Source: an uncultured delta proteobacterium | GTDB taxonomy: Bacteria; Desulfobacterota; BSN033; UBA1163 | Assembly: GCA_963708295.1 (NCBI GenBank) | Contig: CAVPSJ010000004.1 | Coordinates: 1,024,001 to 1,088,000, forward strand | Direction: 5' to 3' | DNA: 64,000 nt | Part shown: positions 61,938 to 64,000 of the stretch, in pieces | How positions within the stretch are numbered: position 1 is the stretch's first letter | How the letters are laid out: each line of letters begins with the position of its first letter | Notes under the pieces: model-generated | Told to the model about the DNA's origin: nothing | Database searches by the model: none | Seen by the model: the letters and a program-made list of their open reading frames with translations, nothing else | Program-made: the position numbers and the translations under genes

Positions 61938-64000
61938 ATGAACCACTCTGTTAATATTTCCAAAATCACACCTCCGTATTTACCAAACATTTTATATCGA
62001 CCCCGTCTGATCAGTCTGATCGAAGGAAACAAAGACAAGAAGTTAATTCTCATCCTGGGCCAGGCGGCCCAGGGAAAGACGACTTTAGCTGCCTCCTATG
62101 GCAAGACATCGGATATGCCATTCGCATGGGTGAGCTTAGACAAAGACGAATCCGATCCCGCGAGTCTTTTTCAATTAACGGTTCAGTCCCTCCAGCAGGC
62201 CCTGGGGGACATCGATTTTTCGCACCTTCTTTCTCCTCATCCCCCGCAAATCACGGGACCGGGGGAAGAGATTCCTCTTTACCGGGAATGGGTGCAATCC
62301 CTTTTCAAAGAGGTCTCGATTCCGGTTCAGATTGTCATGGACGGTCTGGACCGGCTTTCCACGACGGCTCCTGGATTTAAGTTCCTTCAAGTTTTGGTTG
62401 AAGATTCGCCAGCGAATGTTCACCTGATATTGCTATCCAGAGAAATACCTCCTCCTTTTCTCGAATTTCAACAGCTCAAGATGAGACAGCAAGCGCTGGT
62501 CTTAACCAATGAGGATCTTGCCTTCACCCAGGATGAGATCGAGGGATTCTTCCAAAAAGTTCGTGGGATATCTTTCGACGCTGGTCAATTGAGAAAGATT
62601 CACTCGGCCACTCACGGATGGATCGGGGCGCTGATCTTGTTCGCGGAGTTCCTGCGCCGATTTCAAGGGTCGACCATGGAAAAGTTTATTTCAGAAGATT
62701 TTCCCGGCCATTTTAAGAAAGAAATCTTTCAGTATTTTGGCAAGGAGATCTTTTCCTCCTTGTCGGAGGAAGTTCAGGGATTTCTCATCAGATCCTCTCT
62801 CATCGATCTGATCGAACCCGCTTTCATGAGGGATTTTCTTGGGACGGAAATAGCCGAGGAAATTCTTCGGGAGCATGTGAGAAAAAACCTTTTTGTCCAT
62901 TCGTTTTATGATGAGAAAAGGGGGTGGCTCTTTCAATACCATCACCTCTTCCGAGATTTCCTAAAGGCTAAATTTGTGACGTCGGTGAAGCATAAGGAAC
63001 AGAAGTCTTTGCTCCTCAAAGCAGGGAGTCTTTATGAGCAAAGAGGGGAACTGGAAAATTCAGCGAAATATTTTCTTGAGGCAAACGCCTATCCACAGGC
63101 GGCCCCTGTGATTGCGCGTTTGGGTGTGGATTTGTTGCAGAAAGGAAGAATAGATGATTTGACGAAGTGGCTTCACGCCCTCCCTGACGGTACGATTCAA
63201 GGCAGTCCTTGGCTCTTTTTCTATCTGGCAATGAGCAAACGGTTTCAGGGGGGGAGAGAGAATCTGATCCCCCTTCAGAAGGCCTACACCCAGTTCAAAC
63301 AAAATGGGGATATGAGAGGCACCCTCATCTCTCTTGCACAACTCATCGAGAGCTCCATTCAAACAGGCATCCATCTGACGCCTGTAGAGGGTTTGATCGA
63401 GGAGGGAGAGGCAGCCCTTCAACAGTCGGAGTCGAATGAGTACCCGTACGAGAGGGCCGTCCTCTGGAATTTCGTTGGACTGGGTCGCCTCCTGGGGGAG
63501 GGCGATATTCGCAAAGGGATCTGGGCCTGCCAGAATGGTTACTCGATCGCTAAGGAGTTAAGGAATGCCAGCCTCCAGGCATATGCCTTGTGTTTTTCTA
63601 CCCTTGGTTTTGTTTTGCTTGGCGAATTTTCTCTTGTGGACGAAGGGCTTAAGAAGACTGAAAAAGTCACTGAGAAGTGTGTCCATCCAGAATTCAGGGC
63701 GATAGAACTGATGGTTCGCTGTCTCCTGACAAACCACCGGGGCGAATTTAGTAAGGGAGAGATTCTGGTCGAAAGACTTCAGGAGGAGGTCGATAAACAC
63801 GGGTTCCTTTTTATGGTGCCATGGATATATGAAATTTCAGCATACATCAGAGCGTTTCAAGGAAAATTTTCAGAGGCAGAGAAGATCGGAAAACAATATC
63901 TTAGCGCAGCGATCTCCTTAAAAAATGGCCTCCTTAAGGGATCGGCCTTGAGGTTGTTAGGGCTCATTTATCTCCACGAGAATGATTTTGGGAAAGCCAG
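61938..64000 (+). CDS. MalT-like STAND ATPase transcriptional regulator (partial, runs off window end)
   Basis: Manual translation: SKITPPYLPNILYRPRL, Walker A GQAAQGKTT, WVSLDKDESDP, THGWIGAL, FQYHHLFRDFL, then TPR-like helices. Confidence 0.88.
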   Translation, partial: MNHSVNISKITPPYLPNILYRPRLISLIEGNKDKKLILILGQAAQGKTTLAASYGKTSDMPFAWVSLDKDESDPASLFQLTVQSLQQALGDIDFSHLLSPHPPQITGPGEEIPLYREWVQSLFKEVSIPVQIVMDGLDRLSTTAPGFKFLQVLVEDSPANVHLILLSREIPPPFLEFQQLKMRQQALVLTNEDLAFTQDEIEGFFQKVRGISFDAGQLRKIHSATHGWIGALILFAEFLRRFQGSTMEKFISEDFPGHFKKEIFQYFGKEIFSSLSEEVQGFLIRSSLIDLIEPAFMRDFLGTEIAEEILREHVRKNLFVHSFYDEKRGWLFQYHHLFRDFLKAKFVTSVKHKEQKSLLLKAGSLYEQRGELENSAKYFLEANAYPQAAPVIARLGVDLLQKGRIDDLTKWLHALPDGTIQGSPWLFFYLAMSKRFQGGRENLIPLQKAYTQFKQNGDMRGTLISLAQLIESSIQTGIHLTPVEGLIEEGEAALQQSESNEYPYERAVLWNFVGLGRLLGEGDIRKGIWACQNGYSIAKELRNASLQAYALCFSTLGFVLLGEFSLVDEGLKKTEKVTEKCVHPEFRAIELMVRCLLTNHRGEFSKGEILVERLQEEVDKHGFLFMVPWIYEISAYIRAFQGKFSEAEKIGKQYLSAAISLKNGLLKGSALRLLGLIYLHENDFGKA

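Overview
This 64 kb window looks like chromosomal DNA from a Gram-negative anaerobe, most consistent with Desulfobacterota/Deltaproteobacteria (inferred from gene content). About 1-29 kb is mostly housekeeping: a liv ABC transporter, asd, the ffh-rpsP-khpA-rimM-trmD-rplS-rnhB-yraN operon, dapL, tldD, and mfd with three PPIases. About 29-64 kb is accessory: lipoproteins, sigma-54 promoters, a Mo-bisPGD oxidoreductase operon, MFS and MATE pumps, pseudogene remnants, a tandem receiver-domain cluster and a MalT-like regulator. Five observations stand out. (1) Integron-type cassettes with attC sites occur at three loci with no integrase, and each locus is headed by the same GTCTA-N6-GTTA-like junction, suggesting dispersed attI-like platforms. 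(2) One attC carries the 3' remnant of a group IIC intron. (3) BamD is fused in frame to an LptA domain through a long linker. (4) A sigma-54 promoter and a c-di-GMP-I riboswitch sit upstream of two paralogous ~61-aa proteins. (5) Four Trp-tailed receiver domains alternate in an A-B-A-B pattern. No rRNA, tRNA or CRISPR array was seen. All calls come from reading the sequence and motifs by eye; no database searches were run.
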